Source: Phycisphaerae bacterium
GTDB lineage: Bacteria > Planctomycetota > Phycisphaerae > UBA1845
Direction of reading: 5' to 3'
Length of the DNA: 64,000 nt
Assembly (NCBI GenBank): GCA_963666835.2
Contig: CAXXGO010000001.1
Span: 864,001 to 928,000 of the forward strand
Of this stretch, positions 39,429 to 50,632 are shown one piece after another (within the stretch, counting starts at the first letter, position 1; each line of letters starts with the position of its first letter). The notes under the pieces are model-generated. The model searched no databases, had not been told where the DNA came from, and saw nothing but the letters and a program-made list of their open reading frames with translations. The position numbers were made by a program, and so were the translations under genes.

Positions 39429-42400
39429 ATGAAGCGCTGTGTTTGGCACCTGGCAATAGTATGTTTGGCATTGTGCCTGTGTTTTGGAAGTGGGACTGCG
39501 GTGATGGGCGCCGATACGGAGCTGCTATCGGCTACCTACCCGACATCGGAGCCGGGCCTTTGGACTACTACTCCTGCGGTCGTGGGTTTGCCGACGGGGG
39601 CGTTTAACACCGATCATGTGGACGTCGGTGACCCGACGAGCGAAGCGACGCATGCGATGGATGTATGCGACGACGATGGGAACGCGGCCGGTAACGCATG
39701 TTACAACGGCGATTGTTCTGCGCACGAGTGGGGCGGAGTCTGTACCTGGCTATCTGGGCGAACCATCCGTGCCATGTGGGAGCATGACGGGGTTGCCCCA
39801 GACGAGTCCGATCCCGGCGCTACAATGACATTGGATTTCGGCACGCTGGCGGTCAACAAGTACGTGGCGGTGCTCTGGAACCGTGGATCCGGCAATGACA
39901 GTTTCGACATCGAGATCGAGGGCGACGCTGGCGGTCCGTACCATGTAGCGTGGCTTTCGGGTTCGGGCAACAACGCCGCGATTACCGGCGTTTTTGATGT
40001 TGGGGTCCAAACCGGGGTGCAGATCGTGACGTTTACGGCGACTGAACCGGCTTGGAGCATGCAGAGTACTTATGCCCAGGCAATGGTCAGCGAGGTTGCG
40101 GTGTGGTCGGCGCCGGAGCCCGGCACGATTATCGTTGAGAAGCAGACCGATCCGGATGGCGCTGCTCAGAGCTTCGATTTCACCGGGGACGTGGCCGGGA
40201 CGATTGGGGATGGGCAGCAGCTTAGTGTTACGCTTCCGCCGGGGACCTACACATCACAGGAGACCTTGCTTGCCGGTTGGGAATTGACGTCTATCGTCTG
40301 TGACGACGGCAATAGCAGCGGCGACGTGGGGACGGGTACGGCCACCTTCCAGCTCGAAGAGGGCGAGACGGTTACCTGCGTCTTCACTAATACTCAGGTA
40401 GCGTTGTCGGCACCGGTCATCCTTAACGAATACAACGCCGTCGGTTCCAGCAAGTGGCTGGATTGTGATGGGCTCGAGTGCAGCGATGCCGAGGACGTCT
40501 ACTTCGGCCGCGTCGAGGGCAACGGGGGTAACTGGATCGAGTTGGTCGTGACCCAGGACAACCTCGACATGCGCGGTTGGTCCATCGAGTGGGTGGAAGA
40601 TACCGACTCCGGCACGATCACGTTTACCGATGATGATCGCTGGGAGAGCATGCAGGCCGGTACGATCATCACGTTAACGGAGCTATGCACCTCCGAAGGT
40701 GGGTTGGACACGCAAGCATTCTTCCACCCCGTCACTGACTGGTGGATCAACATCAATACTCTGTGCGAAGGCGTAGCTCAGGAGACGTACGTCACTACGA
40801 CGCATAGCAGTGCTCCGAATGGTAGTTTCTCGGTAGGGAATGACGACTTCCAGTTGACTATTCTGGACGAGACGTCCGCCGTGGTCTTTGGCCCGGTGGG
40901 CGAGGGGGTCTGCGATTTCGACGGCGTGGGAAGCCGCGAGGTCGGCAAGTTGGAAGAAGATCCCTCGCCGTCCGTTACCGCTTGTTCGGATTACAATGAC
41001 GGCACGTCGAGTAGCTTTGGCCATCCCAACCTGTGGGGCGACGGGGGCAACAGGCAGCGGTTTAACGATCTGCGCGGAGAGATTGTTAACATCGAGCTGG
41101 TAACGCTGAGCACGCCCAGCACAAGCGACGCAGCCGGGTTCAGTGTCTGCATGGCGGGCTTGGAGATGGGGCAGCCCTGCGCTGACGATTCTGATTGTAC
41201 GTTTGGCGGTGATGGATCTTGCCGCGGATTGCCCGAATTGCCGATATCAGAAACGCAGTTCGGCGTGGGCAGTGAGTTCTATCTTGAGGTGTGGGCGCAG
41301 ACGACTGAGCCTGGCGGATTGAGCAGTGTCTTTGCGGATATCGACTATGACCCGTGTGTGGTGACGGCGAATGAGATTGTCCATACTATGGCGTTTACGG
41401 CCAGCGGCTACGAACCCGAAGGGACGATCGACAGCGCGAACGGTGTTATAGACAATGTCGGCGGGCCCCATTTCGATGGAAGTTGTTCGACGGGTTTTGG
41501 CGTAGGACCGAATTGGGTTCGGGCGGCGTATATCGAGTTCACCGCGGATGCGCACGGCACTCCGTTGTTCACAAGTCGCAACACGGATTCGGGGTTCGAT
41601 AACGCCATTTGCGGTGTTCTCGGCCTTGTAGATCAAGACCGGGTTAGCTACGGAGAGCTGGCCGTGCAGGCGGGCGCGGAATCTGGGGACCTGGTTCTTG
41701 CGGTGCCGGCGGCGCCGCAGATTGTCGGGGTTGGCCAGCAGGTCACCGTAGACCTGAACGCGGCTAATCTGTCGACGGCAGTTTCCGGTGTCCAGGCGTT
41801 GATGCACTACAACACCCAGAACCTGAGTCTGGCCGGGGCAGCTTTGGTGTTGCCGTGGGATAATGAAATCAGCGTTCTGTACGGTGTGTGCGTGGGTGGC
41901 GATAACGAGGGAGCCCAATGCGGATTCAGCGGCGGCTTCGATTGCAGCGTTGGCGGCGGTTTGTGCGCCGAAACCGGAGATGTCCTGTTCAGCGCCGGCA
42001 TTGCCGGAAGTTCGACCGACGTCGACGGGACGGTCGCGACCTTCACCTTCAATGCAGTGGAAGACAGCTCGCCGGTCGTGAGCTTCCTCGAGGATATGCC
42101 CGCGGCATATCCCAGCATTTGCACGAAGTTGACTGATGCAAGCACCGCGGAGTTCATCAGTCCGAGCCGGACCGACACAATCGACGGCGACATCCAGATC
42201 CTGGACGGGGAGTGTTACATCGACGGCCAGTGGTATGACGACGGCGATCCGAACCCGCTTAACGAGTGCGAATTGTGCGATACGGCGACCGGTCTTTCTG
42301 CGTGGACTCCGGCCGCCTCGGGTTCGTCATGCGGTGCGACGCCGGGCGACTGCGAGAATCAGGATACTTGCGACGGTGCCGGCAGCTGTGTTGATAACGG

Positions 42401-45400
42401 GTTCGTGGCTTCGGGTACGGAATGTCGAGCTGCGGCGGATGAATGCGACGTAGCGGAGTATTGCACGGGTTCCGATGCGGATTGCCCGGCCGATGCTTTC
42501 GAGACTGCGGGTACGTCCTGCGGTGCGGTGCCGGATGATTGCGAGAATCAGGATACTTGCGATGGTGCCGGCCTCTGTGTCGACCAGGGGTTCAAGGCCG
42601 CCGGGACGGAGTGTCGCAGCGCCGCCGGCGTTTGCGACGTAGCGGAAGTCTGCGATGGCTCGTCGGCGGCTTGTCCGGTCGATGAGTTTGAGACCGCGGG
42701 GACGGAGTGCCGCCCGGCCGTGGATGACTGCGATGTAGCTGAGACCTGCACGGGCTCGGACGCTGATTGTCCGACCGACGGGTTCGAACCGGATGGCACC
42801 TCGTGTGATTTGGATGGTCTATTCTGTACGGGTGACACGTGCCAGACTGGAGTCTGCACGGCCGGTGGCGATCCATGTTCCGGTGGTGAATTGTGTAACG
42901 AGGCGGAGGATGTGTGTTGCCCGGGGAACGAGTACGGGCTGCCGGACGCCGAGATGATGGACAGTGGGTTCGGTGATCTCGGCTGGGTTGCGGCCTCCTC
43001 GCTGGACTCGAAGACGTTGATCGACCCGGGCGTCGAGTTTGCGATCACGCTGGGTAGCACGTCGGGAGACAAGATCGGTATCGGCGATGATTACCCGGTC
43101 GGGGCGCTGGCGGGATTCGACTTGGATGATGATCCGAGTGACCCGGATGCGTTGGGCGAGCAGACCAGTCTGGCGGCGTATGAGGCCTATCAGATGGTCG
43201 TTACCTACGTGTCGGGGCCGGCGGACAGCGATATCGACTTCAAGCTGCATCTAAACACCGGGCTAACCGGTGGAAGTGGGTACCCGTCCGGTGACTGGAC
43301 GAACGACACTTACTGGGGCGGTACGTGGATTGGCCTTAGTGTTGGTCAATCCGCTATTGCGATTCACGACTTCGAGAGTGCTGAGGCATGGAACATCGGT
43401 GACAACGAGGTTCCCCACACCGGTGGCGGGCTTGGTTGGACCGATGGCGGATTGTACGCGATCAATAGCCGCGATCGGAACGAGATCACAAACATCGGCT
43501 TCGAGGTCAACGACTTCGATGACGATGCCCGAAGCGGTCAGATTGTCATCCGTCTTGAGATGCGGCTGAGCGGCTGTTTGATTGACGATGTGTGCTACGA
43601 CGAAGGCGAGTTGAACCCGTTGAATGACTGCGAGTTCTGCGATCCCCAGACCAGTACGACTTCCTGGACTCCGGTGGTGGCCGGCACGCTGTGCGGGGCC
43701 ACACCCGATGTTTGCGAGAATCAGGATACCTGTGACGGGGCCGGAACCTGTACCGACAACGGCTACAAGACCACCCTATGCCGCGATGCTGTGGGTGATT
43801 GCGACGTGGCGGAGTACTGCGATGGTTCTTCGCCGGCCTGTCCTGCCGACGTTGTGGCTGGGGTCGGTATCGAATGCCGCGCACAGATCGGTGATTGCGA
43901 TGTGGCGGAAGTCTGCGACGGCGTGTCCACCGAATGCCCGGTTGACGAAGTAGCGGGGAGCGGTACCGAATGCCGCGCGGCAACGGGGCTTTGCGACGCG
44001 GTGGAAACGTGCGACGGTGTATCGGTCGATTGTCCCGCTGACGAAGTGGCGGCGAACGGTACGGAATGCCGGGCTGCAACGGATCTTTGCGATGTGGCGG
44101 AAGTCTGCGACGGCGTATCGGGTGTTTGCCCGGACGACGAAGTGGCGGCAAACGGCACGGAATGTCGGGCCGTGGTGGGTGACTGTGACGTTGCCGAGGT
44201 TTGCGACGGCGCATCGGTCGATTGCCCGACTGACGAGTTTGCGGCGAGCGGCACGGAATGTCGTGAGGCAACGGGCCTTTGCGATGTGGCGGAAGTTTGC
44301 GACGGTTCATCGGCCCTCTGTCCGGCCGATGAGGTGGCGATGGGCGGTACGGAATGTCGAGCGGCGTTAGGCGACTGCGATGTTGCCGAGGTCTGTGACG
44401 GGATATCCGGAGACTGTCCGGAGGACGGCTACGAAGCGGCGGGCACCGAATGCCGCGCGGCAACGGATCTTTGCGATGCGGCGGAAGTCTGCGATGGCAT
44501 GTCGGCTGATTGCCCGACTGACGAGTTTGCGGCGAGCGGTACGGAATGTCGGGCCGCAACGGGTCTTTGCGATGTTGCGGAAGTTTGCGACGGTTCCTCG
44601 ACCGCGTGTCCGGCTGATGTCGTGGCTGCTGCTGATACCGAATGCCGCGCACCGGCTGGTGATTGCGACGTAGCGGAAGTCTGCGATGGATTGTCGGCCT
44701 TCTGTCCGGCCGATGAAGTGGCGTCGAGCGGCACGGAGTGCCGGGCCGCAACGGGTGATTGCGACGTGGCGGAAGCCTGCGATGGTATATCGGCCGATTG
44801 CCCGGCTGATGTATTTGTGGCAAGCGGTACGGAATGTCGGGCCGCAACGGGTGTTTGTGATGTAGCGGAAGTCTGCGACGGCATGTCGGCCGATTGCCCG
44901 ACTGACGAGGTTGCGACGAGCGGTACGGAATGTCGGGCCGCGGCAGGTGATTGCGATGTTGCCGAGGTCTGTGATGGGATGTCCGGGGCTTGCCCGGCGG
45001 ATGGCTACGAAGTGGCGGGTACGGAATGCCGTGCGGCAACGGATCTTTGCGATGTGGCGGAAGTCTGCGATGGTGCATCGGCTGGTTGTCCGGCTGACGC
45101 TGTAGCGGCTGCCGGTACGGTATGCCGGAGCGCCGCAGGTGACTGTGATGTGGCAGAAGCCTGCGACGGTCTGTCGGTTACTTGTCCGGTGGACGAGTAT
45201 GAAGATGCCAGTACCGTTTGTCGCCCGTCGGCAGGGGTCTGTGATCCAGCGGAGTATTGTCCTGGTGACGGGCCGGACTGTCCGGATGATGTGGACGACA
45301 TCTCGCAAATCGACGTGACTATCGAGATTGACGCGCTCACGAACGAGGTGAGTCGGGATGTCACGTTTGTGCTCACGGATTGTGAGGGCGCGACTGAGAC

Positions 45401-46223
45401 GCGGGTTGAAGAAGTCCTGTTTGCCGGCGGCGGGCCGGGAACGGTCTCGTTGTACAACGTCGATACGGAAACCGATTGGATTCAGGTCAAGGAAGGGCAC
45501 ACCTTAAGTGCGCTGTTGCCCGTGTCGTTTGAGGCCCCGGATTACTGTTACGCTAATGTAGAGTTCACCGGGGACGAGAAGCTGCTATCGGGTGACTTCT
45601 CGAACGCCTGGGTGGCGCAGGACAATCTCGTCGATATTCAGGATTTCGCGATCCTGTCGATCGAATGGAATAGCCTGGTGGATCCGGACTTAGGGACGCT
45701 CGCTGATGCCAACGGTGACGGGATTCAGGACGGATTCGACTTCGCTCCGATTCAAGCGAACTTCGCCCTGACCGGCGATGCCGAAAGTGAATGCGTCCTG
45801 GCAGTACGCAAGGACGTCAGTGGTGGCCGATCGCACTTCATCACCTCGACCGGTAGTCAGGTCCGAGGCGGATCCGTTGCGGCATCCGGTGGCGTGGCGT
45901 CGTCTTCGCGGACGTCGGCGGATGTGAATGGAAAGGGGTCCGGAAACGAGGCCAACTACGTACAGGGTTCCGGCACGGTCCGCGTCGATCCTGGATCAGG
46001 GCGCGTCAACCGCCGGGCGGTACGCACGCGGGTCTCGGTAGCCGAACTCGCCGTTCCGAACGCGGAGCTGGCCGACATCAACGGTGACGGGGTGGTTAAC
46101 GCGTCGGATATTCGAGCTTTTGCTGACGTACATGGTTTGGTCTTGACTCCACAGTTCAGCGCGAGACTTAGCCAGTTCGAAACGAACGAGCTGAATGGAG
46201 AATCTGATTCGCAGCACGAATAG
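39429..46223 (+). CDS. Scaffoldin-like giant secreted protein: prealbumin-fold domain, LTD-like domain, two cohesin-like domains, disintegrin-like repeats, dockerin-like C-terminus
   Basis: RBS GAGG/AAGG; signal peptide; [102 protein letters not shown]. Confidence 0.8.
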   Translation: MKRCVWHLAIVCLALCLCFGSGTAVMGADTELLSATYPTSEPGLWTTTPAVVGLPTGAFNTDHVDVGDPTSEATHAMDVCDDDGNAAGNACYNGDCSAHEWGGVCTWLSGRTIRAMWEHDGVAPDESDPGATMTLDFGTLAVNKYVAVLWNRGSGNDSFDIEIEGDAGGPYHVAWLSGSGNNAAITGVFDVGVQTGVQIVTFTATEPAWSMQSTYAQAMVSEVAVWSAPEPGTIIVEKQTDPDGAAQSFDFTGDVAGTIGDGQQLSVTLPPGTYTSQETLLAGWELTSIVCDDGNSSGDVGTGTATFQLEEGETVTCVFTNTQVALSAPVILNEYNAVGSSKWLDCDGLECSDAEDVYFGRVEGNGGNWIELVVTQDNLDMRGWSIEWVEDTDSGTITFTDDDRWESMQAGTIITLTELCTSEGGLDTQAFFHPVTDWWININTLCEGVAQETYVTTTHSSAPNGSFSVGNDDFQLTILDETSAVVFGPVGEGVCDFDGVGSREVGKLEEDPSPSVTACSDYNDGTSSSFGHPNLWGDGGNRQRFNDLRGEIVNIELVTLSTPSTSDAAGFSVCMAGLEMGQPCADDSDCTFGGDGSCRGLPELPISETQFGVGSEFYLEVWAQTTEPGGLSSVFADIDYDPCVVTANEIVHTMAFTASGYEPEGTIDSANGVIDNVGGPHFDGSCSTGFGVGPNWVRAAYIEFTADAHGTPLFTSRNTDSGFDNAICGVLGLVDQDRVSYGELAVQAGAESGDLVLAVPAAPQIVGVGQQVTVDLNAANLSTAVSGVQALMHYNTQNLSLAGAALVLPWDNEISVLYGVCVGGDNEGAQCGFSGGFDCSVGGGLCAETGDVLFSAGIAGSSTDVDGTVATFTFNAVEDSSPVVSFLEDMPAAYPSICTKLTDASTAEFISPSRTDTIDGDIQILDGECYIDGQWYDDGDPNPLNECELCDTATGLSAWTPAASGSSCGATPGDCENQDTCDGAGSCVDNGFVASGTECRAAADECDVAEYCTGSDADCPADAFETAGTSCGAVPDDCENQDTCDGAGLCVDQGFKAAGTECRSAAGVCDVAEVCDGSSAACPVDEFETAGTECRPAVDDCDVAETCTGSDADCPTDGFEPDGTSCDLDGLFCTGDTCQTGVCTAGGDPCSGGELCNEAEDVCCPGNEYGLPDAEMMDSGFGDLGWVAASSLDSKTLIDPGVEFAITLGSTSGDKIGIGDDYPVGALAGFDLDDDPSDPDALGEQTSLAAYEAYQMVVTYVSGPADSDIDFKLHLNTGLTGGSGYPSGDWTNDTYWGGTWIGLSVGQSAIAIHDFESAEAWNIGDNEVPHTGGGLGWTDGGLYAINSRDRNEITNIGFEVNDFDDDARSGQIVIRLEMRLSGCLIDDVCYDEGELNPLNDCEFCDPQTSTTSWTPVVAGTLCGATPDVCENQDTCDGAGTCTDNGYKTTLCRDAVGDCDVAEYCDGSSPACPADVVAGVGIECRAQIGDCDVAEVCDGVSTECPVDEVAGSGTECRAATGLCDAVETCDGVSVDCPADEVAANGTECRAATDLCDVAEVCDGVSGVCPDDEVAANGTECRAVVGDCDVAEVCDGASVDCPTDEFAASGTECREATGLCDVAEVCDGSSALCPADEVAMGGTECRAALGDCDVAEVCDGISGDCPEDGYEAAGTECRAATDLCDAAEVCDGMSADCPTDEFAASGTECRAATGLCDVAEVCDGSSTACPADVVAAADTECRAPAGDCDVAEVCDGLSAFCPADEVASSGTECRAATGDCDVAEACDGISADCPADVFVASGTECRAATGVCDVAEVCDGMSADCPTDEVATSGTECRAAAGDCDVAEVCDGMSGACPADGYEVAGTECRAATDLCDVAEVCDGASAGCPADAVAAAGTVCRSAAGDCDVAEACDGLSVTCPVDEYEDASTVCRPSAGVCDPAEYCPGDGPDCPDDVDDISQIDVTIEIDALTNEVSRDVTFVLTDCEGATETRVEEVLFAGGGPGTVSLYNVDTETDWIQVKEGHTLSALLPVSFEAPDYCYANVEFTGDEKLLSGDFSNAWVAQDNLVDIQDFAILSIEWNSLVDPDLGTLADANGDGIQDGFDFAPIQANFALTGDAESECVLAVRKDVSGGRSHFITSTGSQVRGGSVAASGGVASSSRTSADVNGKGSGNEANYVQGSGTVRVDPGSGRVNRRAVRTRVSVAELAVPNAELADINGDGVVNASDIRAFADVHGLVLTPQFSARLSQFETNELNGESDSQHE
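43779..45290 (+). repeat. 16 tandem 96-bp (32-aa) disintegrin-like repeats
   Basis: Counted from translation; consensus CRAAxGxCDVAEVCDGxSxxCPxDExAAxGTE (last unit partial). Confidence 0.9.
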
Positions 46224-46237
46224 GGGGCAAGGAGGTT

Positions 46238-46273
46238 GCCGTGGGCGCGGGCTGACCGCGCCTACGGCTTTCC
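46238..46273 (+). terminator. Hairpin after 39429-46223 (terminator or mRNA-stabilising stem)
   Basis: 13-bp stem GCCGTGGGCGCGG/CCGCGCCTACGGC, 5-nt loop, short TTT tail. Confidence 0.55.
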
Positions 46274-46532
46274 TACGGAGCTTCCGTTCTAATCCTCGGT
46301 GTGCGGCCGGCGAGCTGGGTGGCTCGTCGGCCGCCGTGCCGGGAAAGAGGGGAACTCGTTTCCTTTACGGCGGACTGTCAGGCGGGGGATTGCGACGTAG
46401 CTTACCCACTTGTCGTCCTGTTTCTGTTAACGACTGGGGGGCTTCGGCGCGATCCTCATGCGACCGGAGTATGTGCTTCTGCGAGAGGGTGAATAGGGCA
46501 GAATGGTCCTGGAAGCCTTGGAGGGCGTCTCG

Positions 46533-49500
46533 ATGTTGCATAACGTACGGCGAATTGTGGCTATCGGTGTAGTCTGCTTTGTGGTGCTGAGCGTTCCGGC
46601 CTACAGCGATATTCCGTCCGGCGGTCCGCTTCGGCTGACGGCGCCGGCCAAGATGGTCAAGGACAAGACACTCACGCTGAAGGCTGAGTTTCTTGATCAG
46701 TACGGATGCAAGGCTGCCATTGACTGGCGCAAGTGGAGCGTGGTAGGTGTGGTATCTGCACGCCGTGTTTCAGATGGCAGGGACGTACCCCTGTCTATTA
46801 CGATATTCGAGACATACTACAAGGGCGCTGGTGGAGGGACCCCGCCGGAGGACTCGATCCGCTTCTACAACGGTGTGGGTAGCGTGTCGATTACCCTTGA
46901 CAATCCCGATGCTGTTGCGGGCGAAGATATCGAAGTTGTCGTGACCGCCGACGGGAAGACGGCATCGAAGGTCGTGGCCGTCCTGGATAATGTCCCTGGC
47001 ACGTTCCGCGAGCTTTCGGGGACGCTGTCCGGGGATGATCTTACGTGGGGACCTGGGGACGGCGTGATTCACCTGACGGGTCATGTGACGGTGCCCTCGG
47101 GCAGCACCCTGACTATCAATGCCGGTACTCTGGTGATGGCGGATAAGGGTACGGCCCAGCAAGGGGTCAGGATTGACGTCAATGGAAGTCTCAACGCGGA
47201 AGGCACCGCTGACGCCCCGGTCTTCTTCTTCGCTACCGAAGGGCCGCCGGCGATGGAGCTGATCTCGGAAAACGAGAACTCGTGGGGGGGGATCTACCAT
47301 GACGGGCCGGGAACTTCGACGTATTCGTATGCTATTATTACCGGGGGGGGCAACGGCTACGGGGGGCAGTGGCATCTGTATCCGCCGATGCTGCGATTCT
47401 ACAATGACCACTCGCTGCTTATGTCGCACTGCATCCTTGCAGATGCTCCTGCCAAGCTAATCCTGGGAGATTACGGTAGCGGTTCGTTCACGATCTCGCA
47501 CAGCTTGCTCACGCGCGGTGGCTTCGCGGCCACGTTCGGAGCCTTCGATGAAGCCCGAGCGCACATGCCCGTGCTCTTTGAAGACACGTGGATCACTCGT
47601 GTCGGGCGAGGCGATGAGAGCCAGGACCTCGATGGAGACGCCCTGCATTGGAATAGCGATAGTGCTGACGGGTTGACCTTTCGGCGTTGCATTATCACCG
47701 ATGTTGGTGATGACTGTATCGATGGTTCGGATTCCTTCTATATCAAGTCATATGTATATGACAGTATCGTCTATGATCTCGACGATAAGTTTACAACCTA
47801 CTGGCCGGGCGATATCTACGCTAACAACCTGCTGTTGTTCGCCTGTAACAAAGGGTTCGAATCAGTCAACGGATATCCAACGCAATCGACGCTGGCCGAC
47901 ATACGTCCGTTCCCGGAGGACTACGGCGGGGACTGGTGGGTGGAGCGGTGCATTGCCTCGCCGGGCGGGACGCAGACCGGGTATACCTGCAGCAGGTTCA
48001 GCGCGGATTACACCGTTCTGGCAAACGCGGATCATCAGAGCTGCGGTACGGGGAACGTTGTCGGCGATCCGTTGTTCGTCGATCCGATGACCGGGAGTTT
48101 CCCCCCGGCGACCGGCGATTACCGGTCGAGCTATGATTACAACCTGCAGGTGGGTTCGCCAGCATTGACTGCCGGACCGTTCGGAGAACGAGTCGGCTGG
48201 CTGGGCTTTCCGGCGGCCGAACCGTGTACAAGTGCCGCGGATTGCGGGAGCGGCGGGACGTATGATGATGACAACCCGTGTACGGCCGACACCTGCGAGG
48301 TTGGGGTCTGCGTACACAGCCTGATTGACCAGTGTATTGCGTGCTGTGACGCGGGGGACTGCGATTATGGTGATCCGTGCGTCATCGGCACTTGCGAGGC
48401 CGATGGCATCTGTTCGTTTGTTAACAACGAGGGCGGCGAATGCGATGACGGGCTGTTCTGCACGGAGACGGACACCTGTCAGGGCGGCGTGTGCATCGGA
48501 AGCGGGAACCCATGTGCGCCACTGACCTGCGACGAGGTTGCGGACCAATGCACCGGTTGCGAGAACGACCAGCAGTGCGCTGACGGAGTCTTCTGCAACG
48601 GGGTGGAGACCTGCGATGCGGGAAGCTGTGTTCCCGGGAGCGATCCATGTGATGACGGCGTGGGTTGTACGCAGGATTCCTGCGATGAGGAAAGTGATGC
48701 ATGCACCAATATCGCCGACGATTTAGCATGTGACGATTCGAATGTATGCACGGCGGACACGTGCGATTCGAGTTTGGATTGCCAGTACGTAGACCTCACC
48801 GGAGCGTGCGACGATGGCCTGTTCTGTACGCTGGTCGATGCGTGCGTGGATGGGACCTGTGTTGGGACCGGCGACGCGTGCGACGATGGCTTGGAATGTA
48901 CCGAGGATTCTTGTGACGAGAGTGCGGATGAATGCACCTATGTTCTGCAAGATGGCTGGTGTCTGATTGATGGCGTCTGCTTCGCGGACGGTGCAGTGAA
49001 TCCAGCGAATGGGTGTGAGTACTGCAGTGCGGTGGCCGGTGAAGGGACCGCCGCCGGAGTGACACTTCAAGCGGTTGCGGATCCCGTCGGCTCACCGCGC
49101 GGGCTGGATGTGGCGAATCAGATGTACGTGGACGGCTACGAAGACACCTACGACTACTCCAGCGCCAGTGTATCAGTCGACTTCTTTACCGGAGCGCAGA
49201 CGCTGCATGGAACTCTGGTAGCTAGTGGGCTGAAGCCGAACTTCGCGTACCAGTTCAAGCTGTACGGCATTCCGGAGACGAATTCAAACGAGCAGATCGG
49301 GCTGACCGGCAGGTGGAATGAAGAGGAGTGGGATGGCTCCGTTTGGGTAGATAATGGTAATCTGAACAGCAAGGGGGACGGATCGTCGCCCAATCCCAAT
49401 GATGTCGTCTACTTCGCGCGCCGGGATGTGCTCGATGATATTGGGGGTAGCCCGACCGGTAGGAAGTATCGCTATACGGGCTATTTGGTATTCGATTACT

Positions 49501-50402
49501 TCATCACGAACGAAGCCGGGAATGCCACGTTGGTATTTGCCCAGGATAGCAGCTATCACGTGTTGTTCAAGACGTCCCAGAGGACCCGCACCGCCGATGA
49601 TGGGCCGATCAAATCCTATACGTTCGTGGGTGGTAATCCGGATCCGGTGTCTGCCTATGATACGGTCTATAGCGAGACGACGGAGGAGGTTTTCGGCGAA
49701 TGGGAACGTCTTCCGGCTGGGGGCATGCAGCTTCCATCGGCGCATTATGAGGGGAAGTTCTGGTTGACGGAGGAGTCCTTTCACGGAAGTGGGGTGGCGG
49801 GATCTTGGGGTGCGGCTATGGAAGGGGCGGTGAGCTTCGATTTAGGATCAACCAGCGCGACTTCATGGTCGCCCCGACCGTCGGGCACACCGTGTCCGGA
49901 TGGGCAGTTCTGCAACGGAGAAGAAGCATGCGAGGATGGTACGTGCATTGCGGGTGTGGATCCGTGCCCGGGTTTGGTGTGCGACGAGTTGAATGACGTT
50001 TGCGTAAGCGGGGAGTGCGTGGAGGACGCGGACTGTGCCGACGGCGTATTCTGTAACGGCGAGGAGCTGTGCGTTGATCAGAGTTGCGTATCCGGTGCAA
50101 CGCCTTGTTCTGGCGTCTGTGAGGCTTGTGACGAGTCCACGGATTCGTGCATGTGGTGCATATTCGATCTTGACGGCGACGAGTTCATTGGTCCTGGGGA
50201 TTTTTCGTTCTTCGCGGGTTGCTACGGGGGCAGCTATGCGTGCGATCCTCCGAACTATCGATCGGGAGCGGATCCGTGCTGCATAACGAATTTCGACGAA
50301 AGCGCCGACAGTTTCGTTGGTCCGGGTGACTTCTCGGGCCTGGCGGGTTGCTACGGTGGTGGGTGCGGCGAATGTGCGAATTGTTGGGGGCAGGGCCGGT
50401 GA
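46533..50402 (+). CDS. Secreted beta-helix protein with Cys repeats, an unknown inserted domain and C-terminal dockerin-like module
   Basis: RBS GGAGG; signal peptide; [24 protein letters not shown] shared with the 31808 gene; [27 protein letters not shown] tail. Confidence 0.8.
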   Translation: MLHNVRRIVAIGVVCFVVLSVPAYSDIPSGGPLRLTAPAKMVKDKTLTLKAEFLDQYGCKAAIDWRKWSVVGVVSARRVSDGRDVPLSITIFETYYKGAGGGTPPEDSIRFYNGVGSVSITLDNPDAVAGEDIEVVVTADGKTASKVVAVLDNVPGTFRELSGTLSGDDLTWGPGDGVIHLTGHVTVPSGSTLTINAGTLVMADKGTAQQGVRIDVNGSLNAEGTADAPVFFFATEGPPAMELISENENSWGGIYHDGPGTSTYSYAIITGGGNGYGGQWHLYPPMLRFYNDHSLLMSHCILADAPAKLILGDYGSGSFTISHSLLTRGGFAATFGAFDEARAHMPVLFEDTWITRVGRGDESQDLDGDALHWNSDSADGLTFRRCIITDVGDDCIDGSDSFYIKSYVYDSIVYDLDDKFTTYWPGDIYANNLLLFACNKGFESVNGYPTQSTLADIRPFPEDYGGDWWVERCIASPGGTQTGYTCSRFSADYTVLANADHQSCGTGNVVGDPLFVDPMTGSFPPATGDYRSSYDYNLQVGSPALTAGPFGERVGWLGFPAAEPCTSAADCGSGGTYDDDNPCTADTCEVGVCVHSLIDQCIACCDAGDCDYGDPCVIGTCEADGICSFVNNEGGECDDGLFCTETDTCQGGVCIGSGNPCAPLTCDEVADQCTGCENDQQCADGVFCNGVETCDAGSCVPGSDPCDDGVGCTQDSCDEESDACTNIADDLACDDSNVCTADTCDSSLDCQYVDLTGACDDGLFCTLVDACVDGTCVGTGDACDDGLECTEDSCDESADECTYVLQDGWCLIDGVCFADGAVNPANGCEYCSAVAGEGTAAGVTLQAVADPVGSPRGLDVANQMYVDGYEDTYDYSSASVSVDFFTGAQTLHGTLVASGLKPNFAYQFKLYGIPETNSNEQIGLTGRWNEEEWDGSVWVDNGNLNSKGDGSSPNPNDVVYFARRDVLDDIGGSPTGRKYRYTGYLVFDYFITNEAGNATLVFAQDSSYHVLFKTSQRTRTADDGPIKSYTFVGGNPDPVSAYDTVYSETTEEVFGEWERLPAGGMQLPSAHYEGKFWLTEESFHGSGVAGSWGAAMEGAVSFDLGSTSATSWSPRPSGTPCPDGQFCNGEEACEDGTCIAGVDPCPGLVCDELNDVCVSGECVEDADCADGVFCNGEELCVDQSCVSGATPCSGVCEACDESTDSCMWCIFDLDGDEFIGPGDFSFFAGCYGGSYACDPPNYRSGADPCCITNFDESADSFVGPGDFSGLAGCYGGGCGECANCWGQGR

Positions 50403-50632
50403 CGGGCGGCGGCGAGAAAGACGGGTCCTGCAAAGGCGGAGTATCGCTGGTTCGTAGCGCCCAAAGCGGCGCTGGTGCGGCGACGGGGTTGTTAGGAGGG
50501 CGTAGGATGACGCGTGGGCGGCGAAGCGTGTTTGCGCTCGTTTTGAGTTGGGCGTGCGTGTTCGGTATGGGCAAAGCTGCTGATGGGGCGGATCCGATGA
50601 TCACGGAGTTTATGGCGTCGAACAGCAGCACG
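49979..50632 (+). repeat. 654-bp direct repeat R1 (Cys+dockerin tail, intergenic, next signal peptide); copies at 54862-55515 and partial 59523-59967
   Basis: Direct comparison, offset 4883; only isolated substitutions seen. Confidence 0.92.

Noticed and set aside
43546..45078. 510-aa Arg/Pro/His-rich repetitive minus-strand ORF
   Set aside because: Antisense reading of the 96-bp coding repeats
43779..45290. Regular repeats as a possible CRISPR array
   Set aside because: In-frame degenerate coding repeats with no unique spacers and no cas genes
50348..50506. Upstream TTG starts of CotH ORFs (50348, 55231) and GTG 31652
   Set aside because: Overlap the previous gene or lack a signal peptide; downstream ATG starts give clean signal peptides
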